DNA of 64,000 nucleotides from Myxococcota bacterium. Lineage in GTDB: Bacteria > Myxococcota_A > UBA9160 > SZUA-336. Of the stretch, positions 47,362 through 56,988 are shown piece after piece. A program made the position numbers and the translations under genes. Location of the stretch: positions 512,001-576,000 of the forward strand of contig CBDFGR010000003.1 of assembly GCA_965247115.1 (NCBI GenBank), written 5' to 3'. Under the pieces are notes generated by a model. That model was not told the DNA's origin. It saw nothing but the letters and a program-made list of their open reading frames with translations, and ran no database searches. How positions within the stretch are numbered: the stretch's first letter is position 1; the number at the start of each line of letters is the position of its first letter.

Positions 47362-48977
47362 CAACCGATCTTGCGACGCTTGCGAGCCAGGTAGTCGACC
47401 ATGACGTACTCGCCGATCTGGCCCGGCGTCGTGTAGAACGCACGGCCCTTGTTGATTCGTGTCATGGCTTCGACGAAGCGCATCAGCTCGGGAGAGTTGT
47501 CGAGCATGAAGGTATTGATCGTGATGCCCTTGCGGGTCACGCGGCGCACCTCTCGAAGTGTCTCCAGGTTGGCGCGGGGACTGGTGCCACCGACGCCATT
47601 GGGCCACTCGACGCGCAGCTCGTTCCCCACAAAGTACGCGGTCGGCTGACCGTCGCTGATCACAATGATCTGTGCGTTGTCGCTCGGGTGCCGGTCAATC
47701 AGGCGCTGGGCAACGCGCAACCCATCCTGCAGGTTCGTGAACGGGTCCGACATGTTCCACGACAGCTCCGGCAGCTCGTGAATCCGCAGCTCACGCGCAC
47801 GCGTATAGAACCCTACAGTGAAGAAGCGATCGCGCGGGTAGCGCGTACGAATCAGCTGGTCCATCGCTATCGCCACCTTCTTGGCGGCCGGCCAGCGCCC
47901 GGACCACGACATGGACCAGCTCATATCGAGCAGGAGCACGATCGTGGTCTCCGTCGTCTGATCGGTGTCGTAAACCTCGAGGTCGGAGGGCTCGATCTGC
48001 ACCGGGACCGTGGCCGAGCCAGGCGCGCGCCGCAGCGCGTTGCGGATCGTCCCGAGCGCGTCGAGATGCGCAGTCGTTCCGAACTCGTAGGGCTTGCTGC
48101 GCTCGGTGACAATCTCGCCGGTGCCGCGGAACTGGGTCTGATGCGCGCCCGCACCCCCGCGCCGGAGCGCCGCATAGATGTCTTCGAGCGCGAGCTCCCC
48201 CAGCTTTCGGATCGCACGCGGCGTGAGCTCGAGTCCGCCCTCGCCCTCGCGCAGGTAGCCTCCCCGCTCGAGCGCGCCTTCGAGGTCGCGCAGGATCATG
48301 ATGGATTGGAGGCCTTCGTCCCCCAGCATGTCCCTGAGCTGGTCCATGTCGAGCTGCTCGAAGTTCCCTTCGAGCAGGTCCTTCGCCATCTGCGCGAGCT
48401 GCTCGACCTGCCGCATGAGCTCGAGGGCCTCCTCAAAATCGAGGTCCTCCGCACCGCGCAGTGAGTTCTTGTTTCGCGCAAAGAACTGCTGGAGCGACTC
48501 GACGTCGCCCAGAGACTCCATCAGCTCGCGATAGGCCTCTTCCGCCACCGGGTCCGACCACTGGTAGTCCTCGAAGCGCTTGAGCGCATCGGACAGTCGA
48601 CGCGGCAGGTCGTCCTGACGGAGCTTGAAGTCGTTCCAGCTGGCGGACTCGACGCCCGATTTGTCCCGGACGGTCGACTCCTCGCGCTCGAGAGCCTGCT
48701 CCAGGCGGGACCACTTGTCGTCAAAGCTGCGGTCCATGTTGAAGCGCGACATGAGGTCGCGTGCCTGCTCGCGGAGCTGCTCGAGCATCTCCTCCATGCC
48801 CATCACGCGGAACTCCATGCCGGCCAGCTCGAAGCCCTGGTGACGCATCCACTGCAGGGCCTCATCCAGGTCGAGCCCCTCCATCAGGAATTTCGAAAGC
48901 TCGTCGAGCGCGGCGTCCGCCTCGAGGGAGAAGCCCTGCTGGGTACCGTCCCAGCTGCTGTAGCGGATTAGGACCAT
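47361..48977 (-). CDS. vWA domain protein (AAA+ partner, Rv0959-like)
   Basis: RYSSWDGTQ N-terminus, LTPRAIRKLG, MIDAS DMSWS, TNLQDGL, ISDGQPT. Confidence 0.88.
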   Translation of the reverse strand: MVLIRYSSWDGTQQGFSLEADAALDELSKFLMEGLDLDEALQWMRHQGFELAGMEFRVMGMEEMLEQLREQARDLMSRFNMDRSFDDKWSRLEQALEREESTVRDKSGVESASWNDFKLRQDDLPRRLSDALKRFEDYQWSDPVAEEAYRELMESLGDVESLQQFFARNKNSLRGAEDLDFEEALELMRQVEQLAQMAKDLLEGNFEQLDMDQLRDMLGDEGLQSIMILRDLEGALERGGYLREGEGGLELTPRAIRKLGELALEDIYAALRRGGAGAHQTQFRGTGEIVTERSKPYEFGTTAHLDALGTIRNALRRAPGSATVPVQIEPSDLEVYDTDQTTETTIVLLLDMSWSMSWSGRWPAAKKVAIAMDQLIRTRYPRDRFFTVGFYTRARELRIHELPELSWNMSDPFTNLQDGLRVAQRLIDRHPSDNAQIIVISDGQPTAYFVGNELRVEWPNGVGGTSPRANLETLREVRRVTRKGITINTFMLDNSPELMRFVEAMTRINKGRAFYTTPGQIGEYVMVDYLARKRRKIG

Positions 48978-48979
48978 GG

Positions 48980-50392
48980 CTAGCTGTAGAGGATGCGGCC
49001 TTCCTGGATCTCCTTGTTGAGTCGGTTGGAGAGGTGAAGTCCCTCGAGGACAAACTCGATCGCTGACGCGAGCCGGGCCGGAGTATCCGTCTCACCCAGC
49101 TTGTCGACAGCGGTACGCAGCCCGTCGATGCTGTCGACCCCGTCCGCGTAGTCGCTCGAGGGAAGCATATCTCCGGTCTCCACCTTCCAGCCGTCCTCGA
49201 ATGCGGCGATCACACCCTCCAGGTCCTGTATGTCGAAGAGCTCGTCGAACACGAGCTTGACTGCCCGCTGTGTGAGCTGCTCGACAATTTCCGCCTCGCT
49301 TTTCTCGCTGCCTGCGTACTCGAGCTCGATCTTCCCCCCCATCGCCCAGGCCAGGCCGGGCAAGTCGGTGAGGCGCGGCACGGCTTCGCGCTCGCCGAGG
49401 CGAAGCGCACGCCGCTCCGCAGACGCGAGCAGGGTCTCGTAGTTCGCGATCGACGCCCGCACCGAGACCCCAGAGACCTGGCTGATGTCCGGGCTCTGGC
49501 GCGCCTGGAGTGTCATCTCGGCCACGATCTGACGCATGTACGCCGGGGTGTGCACGGGGACGGGCTCGCTCAGCGGGCGGCTCCGCTCCTGCTGGATGAC
49601 GTCGATCTCGAGCTCCCGGCTCTTCGGGTAGTGGGAGCGGATCTGCGCCTGGTAGCGGTCCTTGAGCGGCGTGATGATGCGACCCCGTCGTGTGTAGTCC
49701 TCAGGGTTCGCGCTGGCAACGACCAGGACGTCGAGCGGAAGGCGCACCTTGAAGCCTTTGACCTGGAAGTCTCGCTCCTCGAGCACGTTGAACAGACCTA
49801 CCTGCACGCGCTCTGGCAGATCGGGCAGCTCGTTGATACAGAAGATCCCCCGATTCGTGCGCGGGATCAGGCCGTAGTGGATCGTCTTCTCATCTGCGAG
49901 ATAGCGACCCTCCGCCACGCGGATCGGATCGATCTCGCCGATCAGGTCGGCGATGCTCACGTCGGGCGTGGCCAGCTTCTCGCCGTAGCGATCCTCCCGC
50001 CCGACCCACTCGATCGGGGTGTCGTCGCCCAGCTCCGCCACGCGCTCTCGTGCCCAAACGCTGACCGGCGCAAAGGGGTCATCGTTGATCTCGCTCTCGG
50101 CGACAATGGGCAGCTCGGGGTCCAGTAGGTCGACGAGCATCCGGATCATCCGGGACTTGCCCTGGCCGCGCTCGCCGAGAAAGATCATGTCGTGACCGGC
50201 GAGGAGCGAGTGCTCGATCGCGGGAACGACCGTCTCGTCGTAGCCGATCATACTCGGAAAGAGCGGCTCCTTGCGGCGGATGCGCTCGATGGTGTTCTCG
50301 CGCAGCTCCGCGCGTATCGGCCTCGATCTGTACCCGGACTCCCGGAGCTCCCCAACGGTCCTCGCTCGACTCACCCAGCTCTCCCCAGCCAA
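48980..50392 (-). CDS. Mg-chelatase/MoxR-like AAA+ ATPase (Rv0958-like)
   Basis: GERGQGKS Walker A, ADLIGEIDP, NELPDL Walker B variant, SANPEDYTRRGRIITPLKDR. Confidence 0.88.
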   Translation of the reverse strand: MAGESWVSRARTVGELRESGYRSRPIRAELRENTIERIRRKEPLFPSMIGYDETVVPAIEHSLLAGHDMIFLGERGQGKSRMIRMLVDLLDPELPIVAESEINDDPFAPVSVWARERVAELGDDTPIEWVGREDRYGEKLATPDVSIADLIGEIDPIRVAEGRYLADEKTIHYGLIPRTNRGIFCINELPDLPERVQVGLFNVLEERDFQVKGFKVRLPLDVLVVASANPEDYTRRGRIITPLKDRYQAQIRSHYPKSRELEIDVIQQERSRPLSEPVPVHTPAYMRQIVAEMTLQARQSPDISQVSGVSVRASIANYETLLASAERRALRLGEREAVPRLTDLPGLAWAMGGKIELEYAGSEKSEAEIVEQLTQRAVKLVFDELFDIQDLEGVIAAFEDGWKVETGDMLPSSDYADGVDSIDGLRTAVDKLGETDTPARLASAIEFVLEGLHLSNRLNKEIQEGRILYS

Positions 50393-50410
50393 TCTCCGGC
50401 TGCGCGCAGC

Positions 50411-51313
50411 TTACTCGTCCTCCTCGAGGATCTCATCCTCATCGAGGACGTCGCCCTCGACCGGGTCGTCCTCGACCTCGTCCTCCACGTCGAAATCGAT
50501 CCCGATGATCAGCTCCAGGCGCCGCTTGATGATCTCGAGCTTGCCCCCGTCGGTCCTCCGGAACTCGCGTCCCGGATTCAAGGTCTTGGCCGCGGCTACC
50601 AGCACACTCGTTCGCTCCGCGCGATCGGAGGCCGAGGGGTGCGTCTGTAGGAACCCAGGCCCCCCGCCGCCGCCCTGCTCCTGTTCCAGGTACTGGAAGA
50701 AGCGGACCATCCCGTCGGGATCGTAGCCGGCCCTCACCAAGGTCTCGATCGCCAGCAGGTCCGCCGTGCTCTCGTCCTCGCGGGAGTTCGTCGCCAGGTA
50801 GGCCTTGCCGACGATGCCTGCTCCAAAGTCGGCTGCGTTCGACAGGTACGGGTTCCCCGTAGCGACCGCGACGGCGACCCCGACGACCTGCGCCGCCACT
50901 CCCGTGTTCCGGCTCTTCTTGTAGCGCTTGGCAAAATGCCGGTCCGTGACGTGCCCGATCTCGTGGGCGAGCACGCTCGCCAGCTCGCTCACATCGCTTG
51001 CGGCCGAGATGATTCCGGTGTGAAGGATGATGGTGCCGGCGGGGTAGGCACCGGCGTTGAGATCCTCGTCCTCGACGACGTAGAAGCGAATATCGAAGGG
51101 CGTGGGACGGGCGGACTCGACCAGCTCGGCGCCGAGCTCACGGATGTAATTGACGGTGACCAGGTCCCGCACGAGCGTGTTCTCGGCCCGCATCTGGCGC
51201 TGCGCCTGGCGTCCGATCTGCTTCTCCTGCTGCACGCTCAGCGTGCCGCAGCCTGCGATCGAGACCCCCAGCGCCAGCAGTAGCAGCCCTCTGAGAGATC
51301 GTTTGAGTGTCAT
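50411..51313 (-). CDS. M48 family metalloprotease lipoprotein (BepA/LoiP-like)
   Basis: Lipobox IAGC, LAHEIGH, SREDESTAD, AGYDP, THP; acidic tail. Confidence 0.9.
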   Translation of the reverse strand: MTLKRSLRGLLLLALGVSIAGCGTLSVQQEKQIGRQAQRQMRAENTLVRDLVTVNYIRELGAELVESARPTPFDIRFYVVEDEDLNAGAYPAGTIILHTGIISAASDVSELASVLAHEIGHVTDRHFAKRYKKSRNTGVAAQVVGVAVAVATGNPYLSNAADFGAGIVGKAYLATNSREDESTADLLAIETLVRAGYDPDGMVRFFQYLEQEQGGGGGPGFLQTHPSASDRAERTSVLVAAAKTLNPGREFRRTDGGKLEIIKRRLELIIGIDFDVEDEVEDDPVEGDVLDEDEILEEDE

Positions 51314-51344
51314 GTGGTTCCCTCGGGGGAGACGGTTTGGCGCC

Positions 51345-52493
51345 TCATTGGACAGTCGCCGGAAAGGACTTCTTCAAGGTGGAGAGCACGGAGCGGATGA
51401 CCGAAAGAACAGCGGCGTCGAACTGGACGTTGTCGATGATTGGAAGACCGTAGTGGTCGGCCTCGGCAAGGATATAGTCCTGGATGGTCAGGATCTCCCG
51501 GAGATGCTGTAGGTAGCGGTCCGCGGTGCGCTCCCGCACCTGCGACGCCCGCGAGACGAAGCGCGCGCGGTACTCGTCGGTGTCCAGAGCCGCGGCAATC
51601 AGAAAGATGACGTGTGCCCGATCGCGGTAGCGCTCCAGATCCAGGATGCCGGGCAGCAGGTTCACCCCCTCGATGAGCATGCTCGTATTCTCCTCGAGCG
51701 CGCGATCGAGAAGCGCATGAACCCCCACCGCGATCTTCTGGGCCTGCTCCCGGAAGCCGGTCAGGACGGGATCCCGAAGCCCGGTGTTCTCGGTAGGCAG
51801 GATCTCGTGGGCGTCGTACGTGGAGCAGTGGATCTCCGGCATGAGGTCACCAGAGAACATGAGCCGCATGATTTGGCGAATGGAGTCGGTCCCGATCACG
51901 CTCGCGATTTCGAGGCGACGCGCAACCTCCACCGCGATCGAGGTTTTGCCGACTCCCGTCGAGCCACCGACCAGCAGGAAGATCGGCCGCTCCTCTTGCT
52001 GCGCGTTGCGCCAGACCGTGTAGCGACTCGCCGCCCGCTCCCCGTGCGTTCGATCTATCGTCTCGCGCACCAGATCCCGCAGCTCCACGCGATCGATCGT
52101 CTCGCTGTGCTCGCGCAGCAGCCGGGCCTCCAGCTCACGCGCAACGTCGAAGGCATCGCTCGGGTCCAGACCGGCGCCCTGCAGCGAGGCGGCAAGGATG
52201 CCCTTTGAGAAGCGCTGGCCACGACCCTTGTGAACGGTGACGACCGGCGGCTCGCGCAGCGGCCGATCGACGACCTCGAGCTCGTAGCGGTCAGAGAGCA
52301 GCTCCTCGATCAGCTTGAACAGGTCCCCCGGCTCCACGCTGCCGCGGTCCGCAATCCGGTCTCGGATCTCCGTTGCGGTCGACAGGGCCACATCAAAGGG
52401 GACACCGCGAGACACCAGCGACTGTACGAGGATGCCTCGCATGAAGGGTCTGGGCCCGTCGGGACCGACCACGACCAGAGCTGAAGAGGCCAC
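51345..52493 (-). CDS. 2-phosphoglycerate kinase-like protein with two ATP-cone-like repeats
   Basis: PFMRGILVQSL and RFSKGILAASL repeats; GGSTGVGKT; IGTDSIRQIMR; IEGVNL. Confidence 0.82.
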   Translation of the reverse strand: MASSALVVVGPDGPRPFMRGILVQSLVSRGVPFDVALSTATEIRDRIADRGSVEPGDLFKLIEELLSDRYELEVVDRPLREPPVVTVHKGRGQRFSKGILAASLQGAGLDPSDAFDVARELEARLLREHSETIDRVELRDLVRETIDRTHGERAASRYTVWRNAQQEERPIFLLVGGSTGVGKTSIAVEVARRLEIASVIGTDSIRQIMRLMFSGDLMPEIHCSTYDAHEILPTENTGLRDPVLTGFREQAQKIAVGVHALLDRALEENTSMLIEGVNLLPGILDLERYRDRAHVIFLIAAALDTDEYRARFVSRASQVRERTADRYLQHLREILTIQDYILAEADHYGLPIIDNVQFDAAVLSVIRSVLSTLKKSFPATVQ

Positions 52494-52508
52494 GAATTCG
52501 CGAGCTTA

Positions 52509-53441
52509 TCAAACCACCGGGACGGCATCGAGAAGTCTCAGCGCAACACCATGGCGCACGCCAAGCCCACTCACGCGAAACTCCGCGACTCCAACTCGCT
52601 GCAGGACCTCGGCCAGGATCACCAGGCCGGCGACGATCACATCCGCACGTCCCGGCTCGAGGCCTGGAAGGCGCCGGCGTTCGGGCACGCTCAGTGCCGC
52701 CAGACGGGCGATCCAGCGCTCGAGCGAGGACGTGCCCGTCCGGTAGCCCTCGACCCGCTCGGGCAGATAGGGATCGAGGGCCAGCTCCAGTGCGGCGAGC
52801 GTGGTCGCGGTACCCGCGACCGCCGTCAGCTCGGTACCCGCGGCGAGCGCAGGGTAGACCTCAGCCTGCTCTCGAACGCGCTCCCGAAGGGCACGGAGGT
52901 CTTCGCCAGGGATCGGATGCTCGGGGAGAAACGCTTCGGTGTAGCGGACAGAGCCGAGCGGTCCGGAGAGACCCAGGACGCCCCCTTCGGCGCTGGTCCA
53001 CGCGAGCTCTGTACTCCCTCCCCCCACATCGATCACGGCCATCAGCTCTGCTTCACTCCGCCTCCGATTCGTCTCCACGCTGAGCTCCGCCTCCTCCTGG
53101 CCCGTCAGAAGCAGGGCACGGTCGAGAGCACCCTCTTCGCACAGGCCCATCAGGAACTCCCGTCCATCGTCTGCCGTTCGCAACGCTTCGGTCCCTACGC
53201 CGACAACCGTCTGGGCCCCTGCCGCGCGGGCGCGGGTCGCGAAAGCCCGCACCGCGTCGCGCGTGCGCCTGATCGCGGCCGCATCGAGCGTGCCGGTCTC
53301 GAAGGTCCCCTGTCCCAGACGTGTGATTCTGGCCTCTTCCAGGACCGGGCCCGACCGGTCGCGAACCAGTAACAGCACTGTGTTGGATCCGATGTCGATG
53401 ACTGCGACGCGCCGGGCGTCCGCTGCGGCGTTGCTGGCCAA
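52509..53441 (-). CDS. ppx: Ppx/GppA family phosphatase (short form)
   Basis: IDIGSNT, ITRLG, TEALR, GQEEA, DVGGGSTE, RADVIVAG, GVRHG. Confidence 0.9.
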   Translation of the reverse strand: MASNAAADARRVAVIDIGSNTVLLLVRDRSGPVLEEARITRLGQGTFETGTLDAAAIRRTRDAVRAFATRARAAGAQTVVGVGTEALRTADDGREFLMGLCEEGALDRALLLTGQEEAELSVETNRRRSEAELMAVIDVGGGSTELAWTSAEGGVLGLSGPLGSVRYTEAFLPEHPIPGEDLRALRERVREQAEVYPALAAGTELTAVAGTATTLAALELALDPYLPERVEGYRTGTSSLERWIARLAALSVPERRRLPGLEPGRADVIVAGLVILAEVLQRVGVAEFRVSGLGVRHGVALRLLDAVPVV

Positions 53442-53744
53442 TCCTGTCGTGTCCTGCTACGCTGAAACTGTAAAGGTGGCGGGGTTTGTGAGAGGCAACC
53501 GTGGGACCTCTCGCCGTAGGCGTGAGCCCAATTCGGTCTTCCAACCGGATTCGAGTGTCCTGACGTCTCGCGACGGCCTTTCCGGGCGCCTCATCTCTCG
53601 GTCCGTTCGCCTCACTCTAGCCAAGAGATCCGTGGCGGCGAGCGTTGGTCGCCCCCGGGGTGCTGACGTTCCGTCCACCCCTCGGCAGGCCGGCTCAGGG
53701 ATCTACTCGCCACGGCGTCATCCCCTCCGGGGGAGGGAGAGACC

Positions 53745-54836
53745 ATGCGCACCATAGCGGTCATGAACCAGAAGGGCGGCTGCGGCAAGACGACCACCGT
53801 CGTGAGCCTCGCCGGCTGTCTAGCTGCCGAGGGTCATCGCGTACTGGTCATCGACGTAGATCCGCAGGCCCATGCCACACTGGGGCTCGGAATCGACCCC
53901 GACGAGGTCGATGAGAGTCTCTACGAGGTCCTCGCGGATGAGGAGGACGCAGCGGCCCCCTTGGAGGATATCGTCGTCTCCGCGAGCGAGAACCTGGACG
54001 TCGCGCCGAGCGGAGTGATCCTCTCGGCCCTCGAGCAAAAGCTGGCCGCCGAGGGCGCGCGCGGACGCACGGAGCGACTCACGAACGCGCTCGAGAAGCT
54101 CGAGACGGGCTACGACTTTGCGCTCATCGATTGCCCCCCCAACGTGGGGATCCTGACCTTCAACGCCCTGCGCGCCGCACAGGAGGTGATCGTCCCGCTC
54201 GAGACCAGCTACTACGCAATGCACGGGGTGGGCAAGCTGCTGGAGACGATCGGGCTGCTCGAGGACCGGATTGGCCACTCGGTGACGGTGCGGATCCTCC
54301 CTACCCTGTTCGACGGCCGCACGCGCTTCGCGAAGCGAGCCCTGGCGGAGATTCGCGAGACCTACAAAGACCTCGTGTTCGACACGGTGATCCGCCAGAA
54401 CGTGCGCCTGCGAGAGGCTGCACAGCGAGGCAAACCCATCGCGGAGCTCGACCGACGCTCCTACGGCTTCGTGGACTACATGTCCCTGGCGCTCGAGATC
54501 CTGTTCGATCGCGAAGAGGAGATCGAGATGTCGGTCCCGATCGAGCCAGAGGAGCCGGAGACGCTCGGCGGACGGGAGAAGGGCGTGGTGTTCACGTTCA
54601 AGGACCCGGGCGCGGGCGAGGTTCAGCTCGCTGGGGACTTCAACAACTGGGTCCCCGACAAAGGCGTCGATACCCGCCAGACGCCGGACGGTACCTGGGA
54701 GAAGGTCGTACGCCTGGGTCCGGGGGTCTACCAGTACCGCTACTTCGTGGACGGGGAGTGGCACCCCGATCCGAGCAACCCTCGACGCGTCGAGGGGCCC
54801 GCCGGCGGTGTAAACTCGGTGCTGATCATCAGCTGA
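53745..54836 (+). CDS. ParA/Soj ATPase fused to C-terminal CBM48/AMPK-beta glycogen-binding domain
   Basis: [31 protein letters not shown]-term [10 protein letters not shown]...W...[18 protein letters not shown]...NSVL. Confidence 0.9.
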   Translation: MRTIAVMNQKGGCGKTTTVVSLAGCLAAEGHRVLVIDVDPQAHATLGLGIDPDEVDESLYEVLADEEDAAAPLEDIVVSASENLDVAPSGVILSALEQKLAAEGARGRTERLTNALEKLETGYDFALIDCPPNVGILTFNALRAAQEVIVPLETSYYAMHGVGKLLETIGLLEDRIGHSVTVRILPTLFDGRTRFAKRALAEIRETYKDLVFDTVIRQNVRLREAAQRGKPIAELDRRSYGFVDYMSLALEILFDREEEIEMSVPIEPEEPETLGGREKGVVFTFKDPGAGEVQLAGDFNNWVPDKGVDTRQTPDGTWEKVVRLGPGVYQYRYFVDGEWHPDPSNPRRVEGPAGGVNSVLIIS

Positions 54837-54874
54837 CCGGGACGCCGCATTTCGGCGCCGAGCGGGAGGCGGCG

Positions 54875-55633
54875 TTGGCGCAGCGCAGGAGCCTCGGAGA
54901 CGTTCTCCACCACTTCATCTCTGAGGAGGAGCAGCAGGTCGCGCGTGAGTCGGCGGCTCGCGCCGCGAAGACACCGCCTCAGCCCGGACCGCGCTGCTGG
55001 ATTCTCGCTGCCCAGCCCGGTCGGCCGCTCAGCTGTTCGCTAGCCCTCGACCTGGCGTCTGCTCGGTCGCGGAGCGGTGCCGACACACACGTGCTGGCGC
55101 CCCTCGACGCGAGCAAACCAGCCGGCGCGGCCGCAGCCTGGACGAGCTTCCGCTGCGGCGAGGCAGGCGGTGTCGCGGAAGCATTCGAGCGTCTGCCCGA
55201 GGGGTCTGACGCGCTGATCCTCGCCTGCCCGGACGAGCTGCCCTCGCTCCTCGCGGACCTGGATCCGGAGCTCCTGGACGGGCTTTTGTTCAGCATCGAT
55301 GCAGCGCCCTGGGGGCTGACCCGGGCACTCCGCTGGCTACGGGGCAGTGCGAGCGCATTCAATACGGCTCGGATTGGTGCCGTCGTCGTTGGTGCCGAGA
55401 GCCGGGAGGTGGCCGCGGATCTGTTCCGCAAGCTTTCGCGCGCAGCGAAGCGCCAGCTCGGCGTCGAGCTCGAGAACTTCGGCGAGATCGAGCGCGACGC
55501 GGCGAGCTATCGCGCACTCCTCGCCGGCGTTCCCGTACTCGAACTCGACCCCGGCGCCGGGTCGTCGCGCAGCCTGACGAACGTGTCCCAGCTGCTCTCG
55601 AATTCGGACCGGACGTTGCGAGGGCCGGAGTGA
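54875..55633 (+). CDS. Degenerate MinD/FlhG-like protein lacking Walker A
   Basis: GGAGG SD before TTG 54875; C-terminal FRKLSRAAKRQLGVELENFGEIERD...RALLAGVPVLELDP.A.SSRSL resembles FlhG/FleN. Confidence 0.65.
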   Translation: MAQRRSLGDVLHHFISEEEQQVARESAARAAKTPPQPGPRCWILAAQPGRPLSCSLALDLASARSRSGADTHVLAPLDASKPAGAAAAWTSFRCGEAGGVAEAFERLPEGSDALILACPDELPSLLADLDPELLDGLLFSIDAAPWGLTRALRWLRGSASAFNTARIGAVVVGAESREVAADLFRKLSRAAKRQLGVELENFGEIERDAASYRALLAGVPVLELDPGAGSSRSLTNVSQLLSNSDRTLRGPE

Positions 55634-56202
55634 AACACGAGGACGAGCCGCTCGGAGCAAGCCTCACCTCCCGCGGTGAGGGGGCGTTGTTCACCCTGCT
55701 GTCTCGCGGAGACCGGGTGCGAGGGCGACTGGCGGAGCCCACCGCGCCTGGCCCTCACCCGCTGATCCTGATCGCGGGAGGCGATGGCTGCGCCAGGAGC
55801 GCAAGCGTGGATGCGGCGCTCGCTGCCTGGTCCGAGTGGGCCGCGGTCGCCGCAATCGATCTCCCGCTGTGCGGCGGGCGGCGCAGCGACAAGCTGTCCC
55901 TGGCGGGACTGGACGAGCAGAGCTCCCCCGTCCGAGGCCTCCGCGCGGATCTCGAGACACAAGTAGAGTCGGACCTGCAACGCACGTTCGCGTTCCTCAA
56001 CCACGAGCGCGCCGGATTCTTCGGCTCGGGACTCGGAGCCATGCTCGCCCTCCCCTTTTGCCGGGGGGCAAACGGGCTGCGAGCCATGGCTCTCGCGCTG
56101 GGCCCACAGTCCGAAGCACCAGCCGGAGCCCACGTCCGGATTTTCTCTCCCGAGCCGAGGCTCGGCGAGGTCGAGAAGTTCCTCAGGGCCCGGCTGCTAT
56201 AG
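55630..56202 (+). CDS. Truncated alpha/beta-hydrolase-like protein
   Basis: PLILIAGG, VAAIDLPLCGGR, GFFGSGLG at the nucleophile elbow; GTGA overlap. Confidence 0.6.
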   Translation: MKHEDEPLGASLTSRGEGALFTLLSRGDRVRGRLAEPTAPGPHPLILIAGGDGCARSASVDAALAAWSEWAAVAAIDLPLCGGRRSDKLSLAGLDEQSSPVRGLRADLETQVESDLQRTFAFLNHERAGFFGSGLGAMLALPFCRGANGLRAMALALGPQSEAPAGAHVRIFSPEPRLGEVEKFLRARLL

Positions 56203-56986
56203 CCCGCTCGGGTGGACCTGCCTCCAGCGCCAGCAGCGTGCCCGCCGTGACGAGCCACGGCAGGCAGAGGAAGTTCAGACCGGGGATCAGAAAGGTGCCA
56301 AGGGCCGTGGTGCCAAAGCCGAACATGGCGCGGCGATGCTGCCAGATCCAGCTGCGGCGCTGGCGGAAGCGGATGCCGCGGCGATCCAGGACGTAGCCCG
56401 TGTAGTCCAGCGAGACGAAGAGCGCTGCGAAGACCAGATTCGCCACCACAACCAGCGGCTGCAGACCGGGCAGCAGGGCCAGCGCCAGAAACAGGAGCTG
56501 CACCCCGAGGAAAAAGCCCATGCGCTTGGCTTCCTCCCGCAGGGCCCGCCCGGCCGACCGGAGAACCGCCTGGAAGCCGCCGGGGCCCGCTTCGCCACTG
56601 CCGGTCACAAGCCCCTCTATGCGCTCGGAGAGGACGTCCAGAAACGGCGACGCCAGCAAGCCCCCCACGAGGGTGAACAGGACGTAGACCGCGAGCCCAA
56701 AGACGATGAGCATGATCCACTTGACCAGCCAGCCGAGCAGCCGCAAGGGCCCCACCCAGAGCCATTCGTACCAGCGAGCGGGATCCGCAAGCGCGATGGC
56801 CTCGCGCACGAACCCGCTCAACACGTCGAGGTAGGCGAGGAACATCCACGCGGCGAGGACGAAGGCGAGGACGTTCAGCGCCAGGGGCAGCCAGCACCAG
56901 CGCCACAGCTCGGAGTGCGAACGCAGCACCGACAGTGCGCGCCCGAGGGTCTTCGCTCCCGCAATGAACCCGAGTGACCTCGGCAC
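56183..56986 (-). CDS. CysZ/EI24 domain membrane protein
   Basis: LWRWCWLPLALN, LASPFLDVLSERIE, LDY...LDRR, FGFG..LIPGLN; start uncertain. Confidence 0.82.
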   Translation of the reverse strand: MPRSLGFIAGAKTLGRALSVLRSHSELWRWCWLPLALNVLAFVLAAWMFLAYLDVLSGFVREAIALADPARWYEWLWVGPLRLLGWLVKWIMLIVFGLAVYVLFTLVGGLLASPFLDVLSERIEGLVTGSGEAGPGGFQAVLRSAGRALREEAKRMGFFLGVQLLFLALALLPGLQPLVVVANLVFAALFVSLDYTGYVLDRRGIRFRQRRSWIWQHRRAMFGFGTTALGTFLIPGLNFLCLPWLVTAGTLLALEAGPPERAIAAGP

Positions 56987-56988
56987 GC

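Noticed and set aside
53745..54836. Chromosomal parAB/origin locus
   Set aside because: No parB, gidAB or dnaA nearby, no parS palindrome noticed, and the protein has an extra CBM domain
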